Source of the DNA: the human T2T-CHM13v2.0 reference genome, Homo sapiens
Length of the DNA: 64,000 bases
Strand: one strand, 5' to 3'
Assembly: GCF_009914755.1 (NCBI RefSeq)
Contig: NC_060932.1
Both the position numbers and the translations under genes were made by a program. Below the pieces are notes generated by a model. The model ran no database searches and was not told the origin of the DNA. It worked only from the letters and a program-made list of their open reading frames with translations. Shown piece by piece: positions 29,566 to 43,143 of this stretch; the stretch's first letter is position 1; each line of letters starts with the position of its first letter.

Positions 29566-30902
29566 GAAAATTGGTACTGAGTGTGGGGCATTGCTATAAA
29601 GTACCTGAAGATGTGGAGTGGCTTTGAAACTTGATAAGAGGCAGAGGTTGGAAGAGTTGTGAGGTCTCAGAAGAAGACAGGAAGATGAGAGAAATTTTGG
29701 AATTTCTTAGAGACTTAAGTAGCTGTGACCAAAATGCTGATGGAAATATAAATGGCAAAGGCCCAGGCTGATGAGATCTCAGTGAAATGAGGAATTTATT
29801 GAGAATTGGAACAAAGGTCACTATTGTTATGCCCTAGCAGATAACTTGGTTGCACTACCTCTATGCCCTATGGCTGTGGAAGTTTGAATGTAAGAGTGAT
29901 AACTTAGGGTATCTGGCAGAAGAAATTTCTAAGCAGCAAAACATTAAAGAAGTGACATGGCTGCTTCTAGTAGCCTATGATAAGATATGGGAGGAAAGAA
30001 AGGACTTAAAGTTGGAACTTATATTTAAAAGGGAAGTACAGCATAAAATTCAGGAAATTTGCCACCTGGCTATGTGATAGAAAGGAAAAAGCATTTTCCG
30101 GAGAGGAATACAAGTTGGCTGCTGAATAACCACTTGCTACAGAGATCTACATGACTAAAAGAGAGCCAAGTGCTGATAGTCAAGAAAATAGGGAAAAGGC
30201 CTTGAAGGCAATTCAGAAATCTTCAAGACAGCCCCTCCCTTGACAGGCCCAGAGGCCTAGGAGGACTGAATGATTTGGGGGCCCAGGCTCAGGGAGTTAG
30301 TTGTTCAGTTCCACCTTGGGACACAGCTCCCTATATCCCCACTACTATAGCTCCAGCTGTGGCTCATAGGGCATCAGGTATGGCTTGGGCTATTTTGAAG
30401 AGTACAAAGTACCAAAAACCTTGGTAGCATCCCCATGGTGTTAAGTCAGGATGCACACATAATTTAAGAGTGAAGGAGGCTTGACAACTTTCACTTAGAT
30501 TTCACAGGATGTATGGAAAATCTTGGTGCCCAGGCAGAAGCCTGCTACAGGGCAGGGCTCCTGCAGAGAGAATCTACTAAGAAATACCGAGGAGGAATGT
30601 GAGGTTGGAGTTCCCACACAGAGTCTGCACTGGAGCATTGCCTAGACAAGCTGTGGGAATGGGGGCACCACCCTTAAGACCACAGAAGCTTATAATCTCA
30701 GCCTAGAAAAGCCACAGGGGCAGAGCTACCCCAGGCCTTGGCAGCCTACCACTTGCATAAGTGTGCCCAGAATGTGGGACATGGAATCAACAATTGCCCT
30801 GCTGGTTTTTGGACTTGCATTGGGACCTGCTGCCCATTTCTTTTGACTGATTTCTCTTTTTTGGAATAGGAATGTTTATCCAATGCCCTTTCCACCATAG
30901 TA
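29566..30902 (+). mobile_element. MST-int MaLR internal sequence, 3'-truncated
   Basis: Begins gaaaattggtac directly after the LTR and contains the MaLR internal motif NLGYLAEEISKQQ. No 3' LTR is present. Confidence 0.88.
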
Positions 30903-31339
30903 GTCCTAGCTACTGAGGATCTCCAAAATCTTCATCAATACTGACCTTAGCTGAAAGAGCTGCAGAGACCATACCAAAGGAACTTTCACAAGTACCCTAA
31001 CCACTGCACCTACCCCAGTAAGTACTGTCACATATACTTTCCCAGTAAGTACTTTCCCTAAGGGAAAGTCGTTCCATAGTGAAACTAGCCTGTAAAGCCT
31101 GGAAGAAGTGACTTTTCCATCAAATGTGCAGATATCAAAGTAAGAAGACATAAAAAAACCAAAGGAAACATAATGTCATCAAAAGAACAAAATGATCTTT
31201 TAGTAGCTGAACCCAATGAAATAGATACACAAATTCCCTGACAAAGAATTAAAAAATAATTAAAGCAGCACAGCAAACTTCAAAAAATACCAAAAAACAA
31301 TTCAGTGAAATCAGAAAAGCAATAAATGACCAAAATAAT

Positions 31340-31395
31340 TATATGTGTATATACATATATATCTCTATCTATCTATCTATCTGAATTATATGTAT
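31340..31395. repeat. (TA)n/(TCTA)n microsatellite
   Basis: Visible simple repeat. Confidence 0.8.
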
Positions 31396-32694
31396 CTCCA
31401 CATAAAGCCAACAAATTCTGGAGCTGAAAACTACAATAAATTAAATGGAAAATGCAACAGAAAATGTCAAGAGCAGAACTGATCAAACAGAAGAAAGAAT
31501 ATGTGAACTAGAAAACAGTTTATTTGTAAATATACAGAAGAAAAAACAATAAAAAGGAATGAAGAAAACATGGGATTTATGGAATGGCATTAAGAGAGAA
31601 AGTGTTTAAGTTACAGGAGTTAAGGAAAAGAAAAGCAAATGAGGAAAAAAGATTATTTAAAAAAATAATAGCAAGAAACTTTTGAACTCTAAGATAAAAA
31701 TCCAGGTACAGGAAGGTCAAAGGTCTCCAATCAGAACAAGACAACTGAGATATATTACAATTAAATTTGCCAAAAATCGAAACAAGAGAGGATACCGAAA
31801 GCAGCAAGAGAAAAAGAGATCACATACACAGGAGTTCTAATAAGTGAGCAGATATATATAGAATATTCTATCAACAACAACAGAACATGCATTCTTAAGT
31901 GCACAGAAATTCTTCTCTAGGATAGATCATATGGCTATAATGCTAGTGTTAACAAATTTTAAAAGACTGAAATCATATCAGGTATCATTTCTAACCACTA
32001 TGTTATGAAAGTAGAAGTCAATGAAGAATTTTGGAAAATTTGCAAATATGTAAAAATTAAACATGCTCCTAAACCAATGGGTCAAAGAAGAAATTAAAGG
32101 GGAAATTTAAAAATATCTTCATAGAAACAAAAATCTATAGGCAACATAGCAAAAGTTAGGGGATGCAGGAAAATAATTTCTAAGAGGAAAGTATATAGCA
32201 ATAGATGCCTACATCACACAAGAACAAAAATACTTAACATTACACTTTAAGGTGCTAGAAAAAGAAAAAGAGCTGAGTTTGAAGAAAGTAGAAAGAAGGA
32301 AATAAAGACCACAGCAGAAATAAGGACTAGAAAAACAATACAAAAGATCAAAACTAAGTTGATTTTTTGAAAAGAAAAAGGATACACCTCTAGCTAAACT
32401 AAGAAAAAAAGAGAGGAGGCTCAAATTCAGAAATGAAAGAAGACATTTGAACTGATACCAGATGAATGCAAAGGATCATAAGAGACTACTATGAAAAATC
32501 ATACAGCAACAAATTATGTAACTTAGATGAAATGGATAAATTCCTAGACATATACAACTTACCAAGACTGAATCATAAAAAAAATATAAAATCTAAACAG
32601 AGTAAGTCAGGAGATTGAATCAGTAATTAACAGTCTTCCATCAAAGAATGCCCAGGAACTGATGGCTTCTTTGCTATATTCCACCAAATATTTA

Positions 32695-33022
<328 letters not shown>

Positions 33023-34966
33023 TCAAACTCTTCCAAAACATTGAAGAGGCAGGAAACTTCCAAACTTATGAGGCTGGTACTACCCTGATACCAAGGCCAA
33101 ACAAGGACACTGCAAGAGAAGAAAATTACAGTCCAATATCACTGATGAACATGGATGTAAAAATCTTCAGCAGAGTGTTAGCAAACCAAATTCATTAGCA
33201 TATTAAAAGAACTATTCAGAATGATCAAGTGGGATTTATTGCTGGGATGCAAAGATGGTTCAGTATATGTAATAAATAAATACGATATATTACATTAACA
33301 GAATGAAGGATAAAGCCATACTATCATCTTAATAGATGCATGAAAGGCATTTAAAAAATTTTGCATCATTTTATAATAAAACTCTTAACTAATTAGGTAT
33401 AGAAGAAATGTACGTTGGCACAATTCAAACCATTTACAACAAGCCCCATAGCTAGCATCATATTCAACAGTGAAAAGTTGAAAGCTCCAAGATCAGGAAC
33501 AAGGCAAGGATGCTCATTCTTGCCACTTCCATTCGTCATAGTACTGGAAGTCCTAGCCAGAGCAATTAGGTCAGAGAACAGAATAAAAGGCATCCAAATA
33601 GGAAAGGAAGCACTTAAATTGTCTCTGTTTACACTTAACAATCTTGTATATAGAAAACTCTTCAGACTCCATAAAAAATGTTAAAACTAATAAATTCAAT
33701 AAAGTTGCAGGATATAAGACCAACATACAAAACTCACTAGCATTTCTATACACTAGTAATGAACTACTAGAAAAAGAATTTCAGAAAACAATCCCATTTA
33801 TAATAGCTACAAAATACTTAGGAATATATATAACCAACAGGTGAAAGACATATTGAAAACTACAAAACATTGATAAAAAATTTAAGAATGACACAAATAA
33901 ATGGAAAGATATCCCATGTTAAGGGATTGAAATTATTAATGTTGTTAAATTGGTCATACTACCCAAAACAATATACAGATTTAATGCAACCCCTATGAAA
34001 ATTCCAATGACGTTTTTCATAGGAATAGAAAAGACAAACCTAATATTTGTATGAAATCACAAAAGACCCCAGTGCAAAATCATTCCTCAGCAAGAACAAA
34101 GCCAGAAGCATCTTATTACTTCATTTCAAATCCATTATGAAGCTATAATAATCAAAATAATATGATAACGGCATAAGACAGACAATACACCAGTGGGACA
34201 GAATAGAAAACCCAGAAATAAATGAATGCATTTATGGCAAATTGACTTTTGACAAAGGTGCCAAGACCACACAATGGCAAGGACATTCTCTTCAAATGAT
34301 ACTGGGAAAACTTGATATTCACATGCAGGACTACCAATACTACTACTACCACTACTACTACTTCTGCTGCTAGACCATCTTCTTACATCACATTAAAAAA
34401 ATTTTAACTCAAAATTGAGTAAAACTTAAATATAAGACCTAAAATTATAAAACTACTAGAAGAAGACATAAGGGAAAAGCTCCATGACTTTAAGCTGGGT
34501 AATACTTTTTTTGTATATAACTTTAAAATCACAAGCAACAAAAGCAAAATAGACAAATGGAATTATATCACACTAAAGAGCTTCTGCATTGCAAAGGATA
34601 CAGAGTGAAGAGACAACATTCACTTCAATGAGAAAATATATTTGCAAGTTATATATCTGATAAGGGATTAATATCTAAAATATATCAATAACTCAAATCA
34701 ATAGTAAAATACCAACACAATTAAAATGTAGCAAAAAATCTGAATAGACATTTCTCAGAAGAAGACATGCAAATGGCCAAGATGTATATGAAAAAGAACG
34801 CTAACCTCACTTATTAGGGAAATGCATGTTAATGTTGATAATATTAACATATTATCAAAAAGACAAAAGATAACAAGTGTTGTCAAGGGTGTGGAGAAAA
34901 GAGAACACTTATACACTGGTAGTGGAAATGTAAATTAGTACAGCAGTTGCAAAAACCTGTATGCAG

Positions 34967-35332
34967 TCCATGGGGTTCAACTGTGTCCCCACCCAAATCT
35001 CATTTTGACTTATAGTTCCCATAATGTCATGGGAGTGACCTGGTGGGAGGTAACTGAATCTTGGGGGCGGTTCCCCCCATGCTATTGTCGTGATAGTAAG
35101 TTCTAACAAGATCTGATAGTTTTATAAGGGATTCCCCCTTAGCTCAATTCTCATTCTTCTTCTCTCTGCGATTATGTGAAGAATGATGTGTTTGCTTCTC
35201 CTTCTACCATGTTTGTAAGTTTCCTGAGGCCTCCCCAGCCATGCTCAACTATGAGTCAATTAAACTTCTTTCATTTATAAATACCCAGTCTCAGATATGT
35301 CTTTATTAGCAGTGTGAGAATGGAGTAATACA
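34967..35332 (+). mobile_element. THE1C-like MaLR solo LTR
   Basis: ctgtgtccccacccaaatctcat...gtaagtttcctgaggcctccccagccatg...taataca. Confidence 0.9.
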
Positions 35333-35711
35333 GGTATGTACTCAAAAAATCAAAAATAGAACTGTCCTATGATCCAGTAGGAATCCTAGGATTCCACTAG
35401 TAGGTATATATTCAAGGGATGCATATTAAACAGGTACCTGCATTCACTCTCATGTTCACTGCAGCATTATTTACAATAGCCAAGATATGGAATCAACCCA
35501 AGTGTTCGTTAATGTATGAATGATATATAAAAATGTATTATATATATACAATGAATACTGTTTAGTCTTGTAAAAGAATTCTATCATTAATGCAATCAAA
35601 TTGTTAATTATCCTTGCTGAATTACATTGTGCCACAGACAACAGAATAATGCATCTTTGGTCTTCCAAGTTTATTATCTCAAAGCAAATCATAGGGAGGG
35701 AGTAAAAACCT

Positions 35712-35860
35712 CATGATCTGGAGTCAGGCAGACCTCTGTGTGACTTTTGGCTTTACTTATTGTTGTGTGACTGTTTTTATATCTCTAAGGTGGGAATAAT
35801 AATATTTCTACCTGTCAGATAATGAAATTACCACATAAAGGCTCAACAAAGTAAGCCTCT
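35712..35860 (+). mobile_element. MIR fragment
   Basis: ctggagtcaggcagacct...tgtgtgac...tgggaataataata core. Confidence 0.6.
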
Positions 35861-36030
35861 AAAAATATCTTATTGTTACTAACAGTCACTAATGCTGTAG
35901 AGACCTGAAACCTCTAATCAAAGTGGCCAGATGGTGATATAGGACAGCTCTTTGAAAATTCATAAGAAAAATAAGTAATTGGATCTTCTCAGGTTTTCAA
36001 AATATTAAGGAAGAGAAGAATTCTATACAG

Positions 36031-36214
36031 CAGTAGTTCTCAAAGTGTGGTCTCTCAGATAACTTCATCAGCATCAGTGGAGAACTTGATCAAAATGCAA
36101 ATATAGGACTGTATTTGAGACACATTGAATCAAATTGTGGGAGTGGGCACCATCAATCCGTGTTGTAACATTCTTTAGGTGTTTTTGATGCACACTAACA
36201 TTTGAGAACCACTG
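36031..36214. mobile_element. MER5A hAT-Charlie MITE
   Basis: TIRs cagtagttctcaaa / tttgagaaccactg, ~185 bp, with internal atcagcatca...aaatgcaaat. Confidence 0.85.
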
Positions 36215-37579
36215 TCATAGAGAATATTAGCATCAGTAACATTTGTCTCAGAGATATCATTTGTGATCAATTTTTCTTCTTAAAAATCCTTCTTTGTTAT
36301 CAAGTCTGTATTTAGGAGTATTTCCTAGTTTACTCTAATATGGAAACCTTCGAGTTCATTTCATTTATTTAAAAAAACAATTACTTCAGTCAAAGAAAGA
36401 GGAGAAAAAGGAAGAAAAAATAAAGTTGAACTGGTGAAATTTAGTATAGATTGGAACATATATTAGTTCAAAATTAAAATAGCACACTATATACAAATAT
36501 ACTTTGGAGCATATATGATAAAACATTTTGAGAACTCTTCTGTCTGTGGTAATAACTTGAAGGTAATGAAATTTTTGGTTTCTTCTGTTCACAATATTCT
36601 TGTTACTATTACCTTTTGCATAAGCTGATTTTTCTTAATTCTTTAACATCTTTTGGGAAGTAAATCTGTTCGAAAGCTCATTTTCATTTGGTAGGAAAAA
36701 TGAGAAATATATATGAATCTGTTAGAATGGAAGCTGCTTGAGGATTTCTTCCATCGGTTAAGAATAGACTATTTTTGAATTTCTTTAATTTGGACATAAG
36801 AATCCCAGCTAGACTAGAGTGTCAAGGCTTTGTATATTAGACTAGAAGACATATTATGAATCTTGAAATTTCTGGAAACTCTCACAGTCAGCCTACTGAA
36901 AACTGCAGGATTACTTTAATAATTATCATGTATGCTTAAACCAATGAAATATAGGACACTGTCATTCATTTGCTAATTATCAAGGAAGTCTGGCAATGTT
37001 TTAGTTTACTTGCTGTTTTATTTAATGGAAGACTTGTTTACATATCTGCTTTATGTCTTTGAGTTGATCACTGAATCCTGTTCTTCCTTTCCACTAGTAA
37101 AATGTAGTTGTAGATGTATTAACATGATCCTAGTCTGTATTAATTTTTTTTGGAGTAACCGTAGAATATTTTTCAAAATTTTGCTTGCTATCTTTGGTGA
37201 GGATATATTTCTATCCAGTTTTATAAAAGTTTTCCAATTGCCTGTATTAGCAAGTCCTAAAACCAATTACTAATTTCTAGTTTTGAATATTAGAATAATG
37301 AAAGTATAACTTCAGTTTTGCTTAAAATGGAAAGGAGACAGTAAAAGTATAATAGCTAGCTCCAGGTGTTTAGTATATGGAGAAACCTTGGAATTTAGTT
37401 GAATCTACTTTTCCAGATTATGAGTAAGATAATTTAAACAATTTATATAAGATGTTCATATCATGTTCAATCTGAATGATATTCCTTTAGGGTTGTACAA
37501 TGCATAATCTACAAAACTAGTCAATGACTACTCTTAGGCATTCAAAAGAAGATGGCAATTGTTTGTCGAAGTTTTTACA

Positions 37580-37960
37580 TTGAGTCACTTAATCATTTCA
37601 GTTTGAAGATGTAACACTTAAGAGACATTGGCATATAGATGATATTGAAACCATGGGAGCAGGGGAAGGTTTGTAGGGAGATGGTGTGCATAGGGAAGAG
37701 ACACCATTGCTGAAGACAATGCTCTAGAATACTTCAACAACTAGAGGTCTGCTAGAGGAGAAGGATCTAAAAAAGTGAGACTAGTCAGGAGAGAGGCAAA
37801 GCAGGCAAGTGTGTGGTCATGGAAGCTTGGCAATGAAAGCATTGCAAGAAGCAGCAACAGACACTGTCACATGCTGTTGAGAGGTCAAGATTAAAGAGAC
37901 AGTTAAATGCTGGCTTTGATAAAGTTAGTTTCTAGTGACCTAAGCAGTTTCATAGGAATG
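37580..37960 (-). mobile_element. LINE-2 fragment
   Basis: ggcatatagatgatattgaaaccatggga...tgtcacatgctgttgagaggtcaag are L2 motifs. Confidence 0.7.
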
Positions 37961-38832
37961 AAATCTCCTGTGATGGTGATGTTAATACATCAGGCTGTCT
38001 TTCGAATTAACATGATTAATTTCAAGGCTTAGGCACATAGATATACAAAGACACTGGTATAAAATAATAGTTTATGTGGGTAATAAGGCACCTATTATAA
38101 CTCATTTAAAGATGGGGATATATCTTACACCTTTTCTTAATCTTTTGGTTGAGAAGAGAGCTTCACATAAAGTAGTACTATACAATTTATTGATATTCAT
38201 GTGTCTTCAATTTTTCCACCTTAAAACATATAAAAAAGAGAAGAAGAGAAGCTAATTTCTTTTAGAAAATAAAGTCCTTTTGCAAGTCTAACATTTTTTG
38301 AGCCTATGTTAAGGCACTTTAAAAATATTTGTACCTGGCAAAAAGACCAAAATAAATGTGATAGAGTGGGAAAAATAAAGACAAGGTAATCATAGAAAAA
38401 ATTAATTTTACAAAGAACAAAAAAGATAAAGAGAAAACTCGGCATAATTCTTTTAAGGTTGTCTACCTTTTGTGCTTTTAAAATGTATTTCTAAATGTAT
38501 TTTTATAATTTAAGACTTTTCAAAATACTTCAATTTATATTTTCAAATAAATACAAATGCGAGACATATACCACCTCAGTGCATTAAACCATGTATGTTT
38601 GAGCGTAAAGTGAGCATGTATTAATGAGTAATTTCATTATATATATCAGTTTTACCTCTTGCATTTCCATGCTTTATCATAGTCATGGGACCTGAGTCAA
38701 GAGGAAGTTTCCTCTTTAATAGCGGAATAAAAATGCTTTTACTTGAAAGTTTGATTTCTTTGTAACTTTGTGTTTCTGTGAATATGCATTTGCCTATCAG
38801 TCTCTCTGCAAACTTGCATTCTTATTTTCTCT

Positions 38833-38960
38833 CTAATAGTTAACATTTATTGAGTGCTTATAATACACTAATATCCTATACATATAAGAATTCCTTTAAT
38901 TCTTACATAATTCCTATGAGGTATAATTATTCCTGTTATACAGATGAAGAACTTACTACT
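38833..38960 (-). mobile_element. MIR fragment
   Basis: aatagttaacatttattgagtgctta...ttatacagatgaagaact. Confidence 0.7.
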
Positions 38961-39840
38961 GTGTCATCTAACTAGTTTTTCCTTAATGACTTGCATGTAT
39001 AATTTTGTGAATATGTGTGTGTATATAATCTCCCTAGGTCACTCTCAGTCTTGATATTTTTTAATTGCTGTCTTCTCACCTTTTGTATTCCTGCCCTTCC
39101 TTGTCTCTTTCCTCATCAGTCTCTATTTTTTATCTTTTCTTGATTATGTCATACTTTCCAGTCATTTTTCAATTCTTTCTCCCTTCTCTTCGCCTTACTT
39201 ACTCATCTTTAATCAGTAATGAAGTCAAATTCAGGGTCTGGAGAATAATGGTGTAGCCTGAATCCAATGACTTCACACATTCACCTCAAAAATTATAGAA
39301 TGAGAAAGCAAAGGGCACAAATTGAATCACACATGGCCTGTCTTCCACAGTTCTAGGATACAAAATTCTCTGAAGTTTCCATTTCTTTTGATTAAAGAAA
39401 TATACACTAATTTTCAAAAGAGCTCTTCCTGATGCTTTAAGCCTGTGAGAGTGGGGGAAGGACAGCTGTTCACTTTTGTGTGTCAGAGCTGAAAGAGTAC
39501 CTAAGATATAGATGAAACACAGATAGAATCCCCTTCAGAAAGATACATTCAAAACCAGTTCCAAAATATTAAACTCAGGACTGGAACGTGGTAACTAAAA
39601 GTATCAGCTACAGGAAAAGAACTTGACCTGAGTGGGACCAAGAGTGGCAACCTCAGAGAAGCCTTACTTCTGTAAGAGAATTAAATAAACAAGGGTGGTA
39701 TTCCCAGAAAAATGGTAGGTGTAGGGAAAGAAGAAAGTAAAAGGGGAAAATAAAATACCTTGCAGAAAGAAAAAATAACATGTCATCCTCTCCTAATTTC
39801 ATACAATCACCACCACCACCACTCATTAAAGAAACTGTAC

Positions 39841-40058
39841 TTTTTTTTTTTTTTTTTTTTTTTTTTGAGACAGCATTTCAATCTTGTAGCCCAGGCTGGA
39901 GTGCAGTGGCACAATCTCTACCTCCTGGGTTAAAGCAATTCTCCTGCCTCAGCCCACTGAGTAGCTGGGATTACAGACACAAGCCACCACACCCAGGTAA
40001 TTTTTGTATTTTTAGTAGAGATGGGGGTTTCACCATGTTGGTTAGGCTGGTCTCGAAC
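39841..40058 (-). mobile_element. AluS, 5'-truncated with small internal deletion
   Basis: Poly(T), right arm and part of the left arm, ending at gtctcgaact. Confidence 0.92.
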
Positions 40059-41283
40059 TGGCTAAAGAGTGTGTGCTTGATGAAACCCTTGTCAGAAGGC
40101 AGTTGAAAAAATAGAAAAAAAATTCATAGAAATTCATGGCAAAGAAACAGAAAAGGCAAATTATAACGTTTTAAGTAATAAAAATCCCCTCCTTCCCCAA
40201 CAATTATGAAGCAGAAAAATAGTGTGCCATATTACAAATGTCATTTAGTATACTTTAAAAAGCATTTGGAGATTTAAAAAACAAAACTAGAATCAGAAAT
40301 TGAATAACAAACTAAATGGAAATGGACAAAAAAGAAGAGAAAGTATATCACAGCTGATCAATTTTAGGGAAAAAATAGAAGAAAACTCCAAACCACTTCA
40401 GAAGTAAAGAATAAGATGCACAAGGGAAAAAAGATTCAAATACAAATTTAAGTATACCGAAGAAAGGCATAACATCCAAGAAAATGAGAATGAAATTAAA
40501 GAAGAAAAACAAAAGAAAAGAGATGAAGGTCACAGACAAAGTGATAAGAAGGAAGTCAAACTAAGAAGGTTCAACATACATGTAACTGAGGTCCCTATGG
40601 CGGGGGGGAATGTAACAGAACTAATATTTAATGTTATAATCCAAGAAAGCATTCTATAAATAAGACAAATCTCCAAATCAAAAGGGGTCCATTCTTTGCC
40701 TATGAAAACCACTAGATTTGAAAGATGAAAAATAACTTAACGGCTTCCATGCAAAATGATCAAAGTATTAATTAGGTTAAGAAAATTAGGCTTGTTATCA
40801 GACTTTGAGCAACTTTTAATACAAGTACTAGTAGATCAGTAATTTTTAAGAAGCTCAAGGAAGTTATGAAGAAAGAATAAGTTTTATTCAGCCAAGCTGT
40901 ACTTTAATTATCAGGACTATAGGAAAAACAGGTGCTTTTTAGTATATGTGTTGCCGAGGCGAGCATGAAAAAACAGTTTTAAACACGTAAGCAAGCAGGG
41001 AATATTATTCAGAAGTGTACCTCTTGAGGAAATTACTAGTTAATACATGTTATACAACTATATAATTGGGAAACATTCAGCAAAAGGACTGATGGTGAGC
41101 AGAAAACATTTATATTATGAACATATAATTATGAAGACGACAAACAAGTAGGAAGATGGCAGAAGAATATAAGCAAATGTTATGTGTACTTACAGAAGAG
41201 AAAGACTGCAATGGAAAAAGGGAAAGGGAGAAGTGAATTGTGGCTACCGATTGTTGAATAGGCAATGTATGGGAGTCAAGGAA

Positions 41284-41586
41284 TTTTTTTTTTTTTTTTT
41301 TTTTTTTGAGATGGAGTCTCACTCTGTCACCCAGGCTCGAGTGCAGTGGCATCTCAGCTCACTGCAACCCTGCCTCCCAAGTTCAAGCAATTCTCCTGCC
41401 TCAGCCTTCTGAGTAGCTGGGACTACAGGCGCACGCCACCGCCCAGGCTTAATTTTTTGTATTTTTAGTAGAGATGGGGTTTTGCCATGTTGGCCAGGCT
41501 GGTCTCAAACTCCCGACCTCAAATGATTCACCCACCTTGGCCTCCCAAGTGCTGGGTTTACAGGTGTGAGCCACCACACTCGGCCA
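41284..41586 (-). mobile_element. AluS (Sx/Sz-like)
   Basis: Full reverse Alu. Confidence 0.96.
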
Positions 41587-41813
41587 AAAAATAATATTTT
41601 TAAACAACAGCATGTAAAAGGGTATGCAAGAAAAGAAGGGTTAAGGATTCTACGAAGGTAACGATTAAGAATATTAACCTTCATAAGTTCGAAATGAAAA
41701 TTCTTTACAAAGTAAACACATATCTAGTAGAGAACACCATAGAAAATAAAATATAATACATATAGTAATTATATAAATTTATGATAGAGTTAAGTTCAAA
41801 CATATAGCAGAGG

Positions 41814-42108
41814 GGCTAGGTGCAATGGGCTAATGCCTGTAATTCCAGCACTTTGGGAGGCTGAGGTGGGATGATTGCTTGAGGCCAGGAGTTCATTAGA
41901 CCAGCCTGGGCAATTTGGCAAGACCCTGTCTCCACAAAAAAATAAAATTAGCTGGGCATGGTAGTGCATGTGTGTCTATAGTCCCAGCTAATCAGGAGGC
42001 TGAGGCAGGAGGATCACTAGAGCCCAGGCGTTCAATGATGCAGCAAGCTATGATTGTGCCACTACACTCTAGCCTGAGTAACAGAGCAACACTGTCTTTT
42101 AAAAAAAG
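41814..42108 (+). mobile_element. AluJ
   Basis: gattgcttgaggccaggagttc and ggaggatcac...agcccagg are J-type diagnostics. Confidence 0.94.
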
Positions 42109-42116
42109 ATGGGGGT

Positions 42117-43143
42117 GGTATTTTGTTAATGATTTTAGCATCTATGTTCATCAAAGATATTGGTCTGTAGTTTTCTTTGTTGGTAGTGTCCTTTCCTGGT
42201 TTTGATATTAGGATGGTACTGGCTTCATATAATGTATTAGAGAGGGTTCCTTCTTTATTTTGTGGAGTAGTGTCAAAAGGATTGGTACCAGTTCTTCTTT
42301 GAATGTCTGGTAGAATTCTGCTGTGAATCTGACTGGTCCTGAACTTTTTTTGTTGGTAATTTTTAAATTGCCATTTCAATCTCGCTGCTTGTTATTGGTC
42401 TGTTCAGGGTGTCTAATTCTTCCTGATTCAAGCTAGGAGAGTTGTATTTTTCCAAGAATTTATCCATCTCCTCTAGGTTTTCTAGTTTATGTGCATAAAG
42501 GTGTTCATAGTAGCCTTGAATGATCTTTTGTATTTCAGTGGCATCAGTTGTAATATTTCCCATTTCTCAGTGAAGTTATTTGGATTTTCTCTCTTCTTCT
42601 CTTGGTTAACCTTGCTAGTGGTTTATCAATTTTATTTATCTTTTCAAAGAACCAGCTTTGTTTCATTTATCTTTTGTATTTTTTTTTGTTTCAATTGCGT
42701 TTAGTTCTTCTCTCATCTCAGTTATTTCCTTTTTTCTGCTGGGTTTGGATTTGGTTTTGGTTTGTTCTTGTTTCTCTAGTTCCTTGAGGTGTGCCCTTAG
42801 ATTGTCTGTGCTCTTTCAGACTTTTTGATGTAGGTGTTTAGGGCTATGAGCTTTCCTCTTAGCACCGCCTTAGCTGTATCCCAGAGGTCTGATAGGTTGT
42901 GTCATTATTGTCATTCAGTTAGAAGAATTTTTAAATTTCCATCTTGATCTTGTTTTTGACCCAATGCTCATTCAGGAGCAGGTTATTTAATTTCTGTGTA
43001 TTTGCATGGTTTTGAAGGTTCCTTTTGGAGTTTTCAGTTTTATTATACTGTGGTCTGAAAGAGTGCTTTATATAATTTCAATTTTCTTAAATTTATTGAG
43101 GCTCATTTTATGCCCTATCATATGGTCTATCTTGGAGAAAGTA
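42117..43143 (-). mobile_element. L1PB1-like, inverted 5' segment of a twin-primed insertion
   Basis: Minus-strand ORF2 fragments ([15 protein letters not shown]; [15 protein letters not shown]). Confidence 0.92.

Larger units (their letters stand above)
39400..41810 (+). mobile_element. Ancient L1 ORF1-like remnant (HAL1/L1ME), interrupted by two Alus
   Basis: ORF1-type motifs aagaaggttcaacatacatgtaactgaggtccct, ataatccaagaaa, aaaattaggcttgttatcagactt and ttttattcagccaagctgt. Highly decayed. Confidence 0.55.

Noticed and set aside
37010-37273. Overlapping ORFs on both strands or a possible transposase remnant
   Set aside because: No convincing motif, and the other frames are full of stops.
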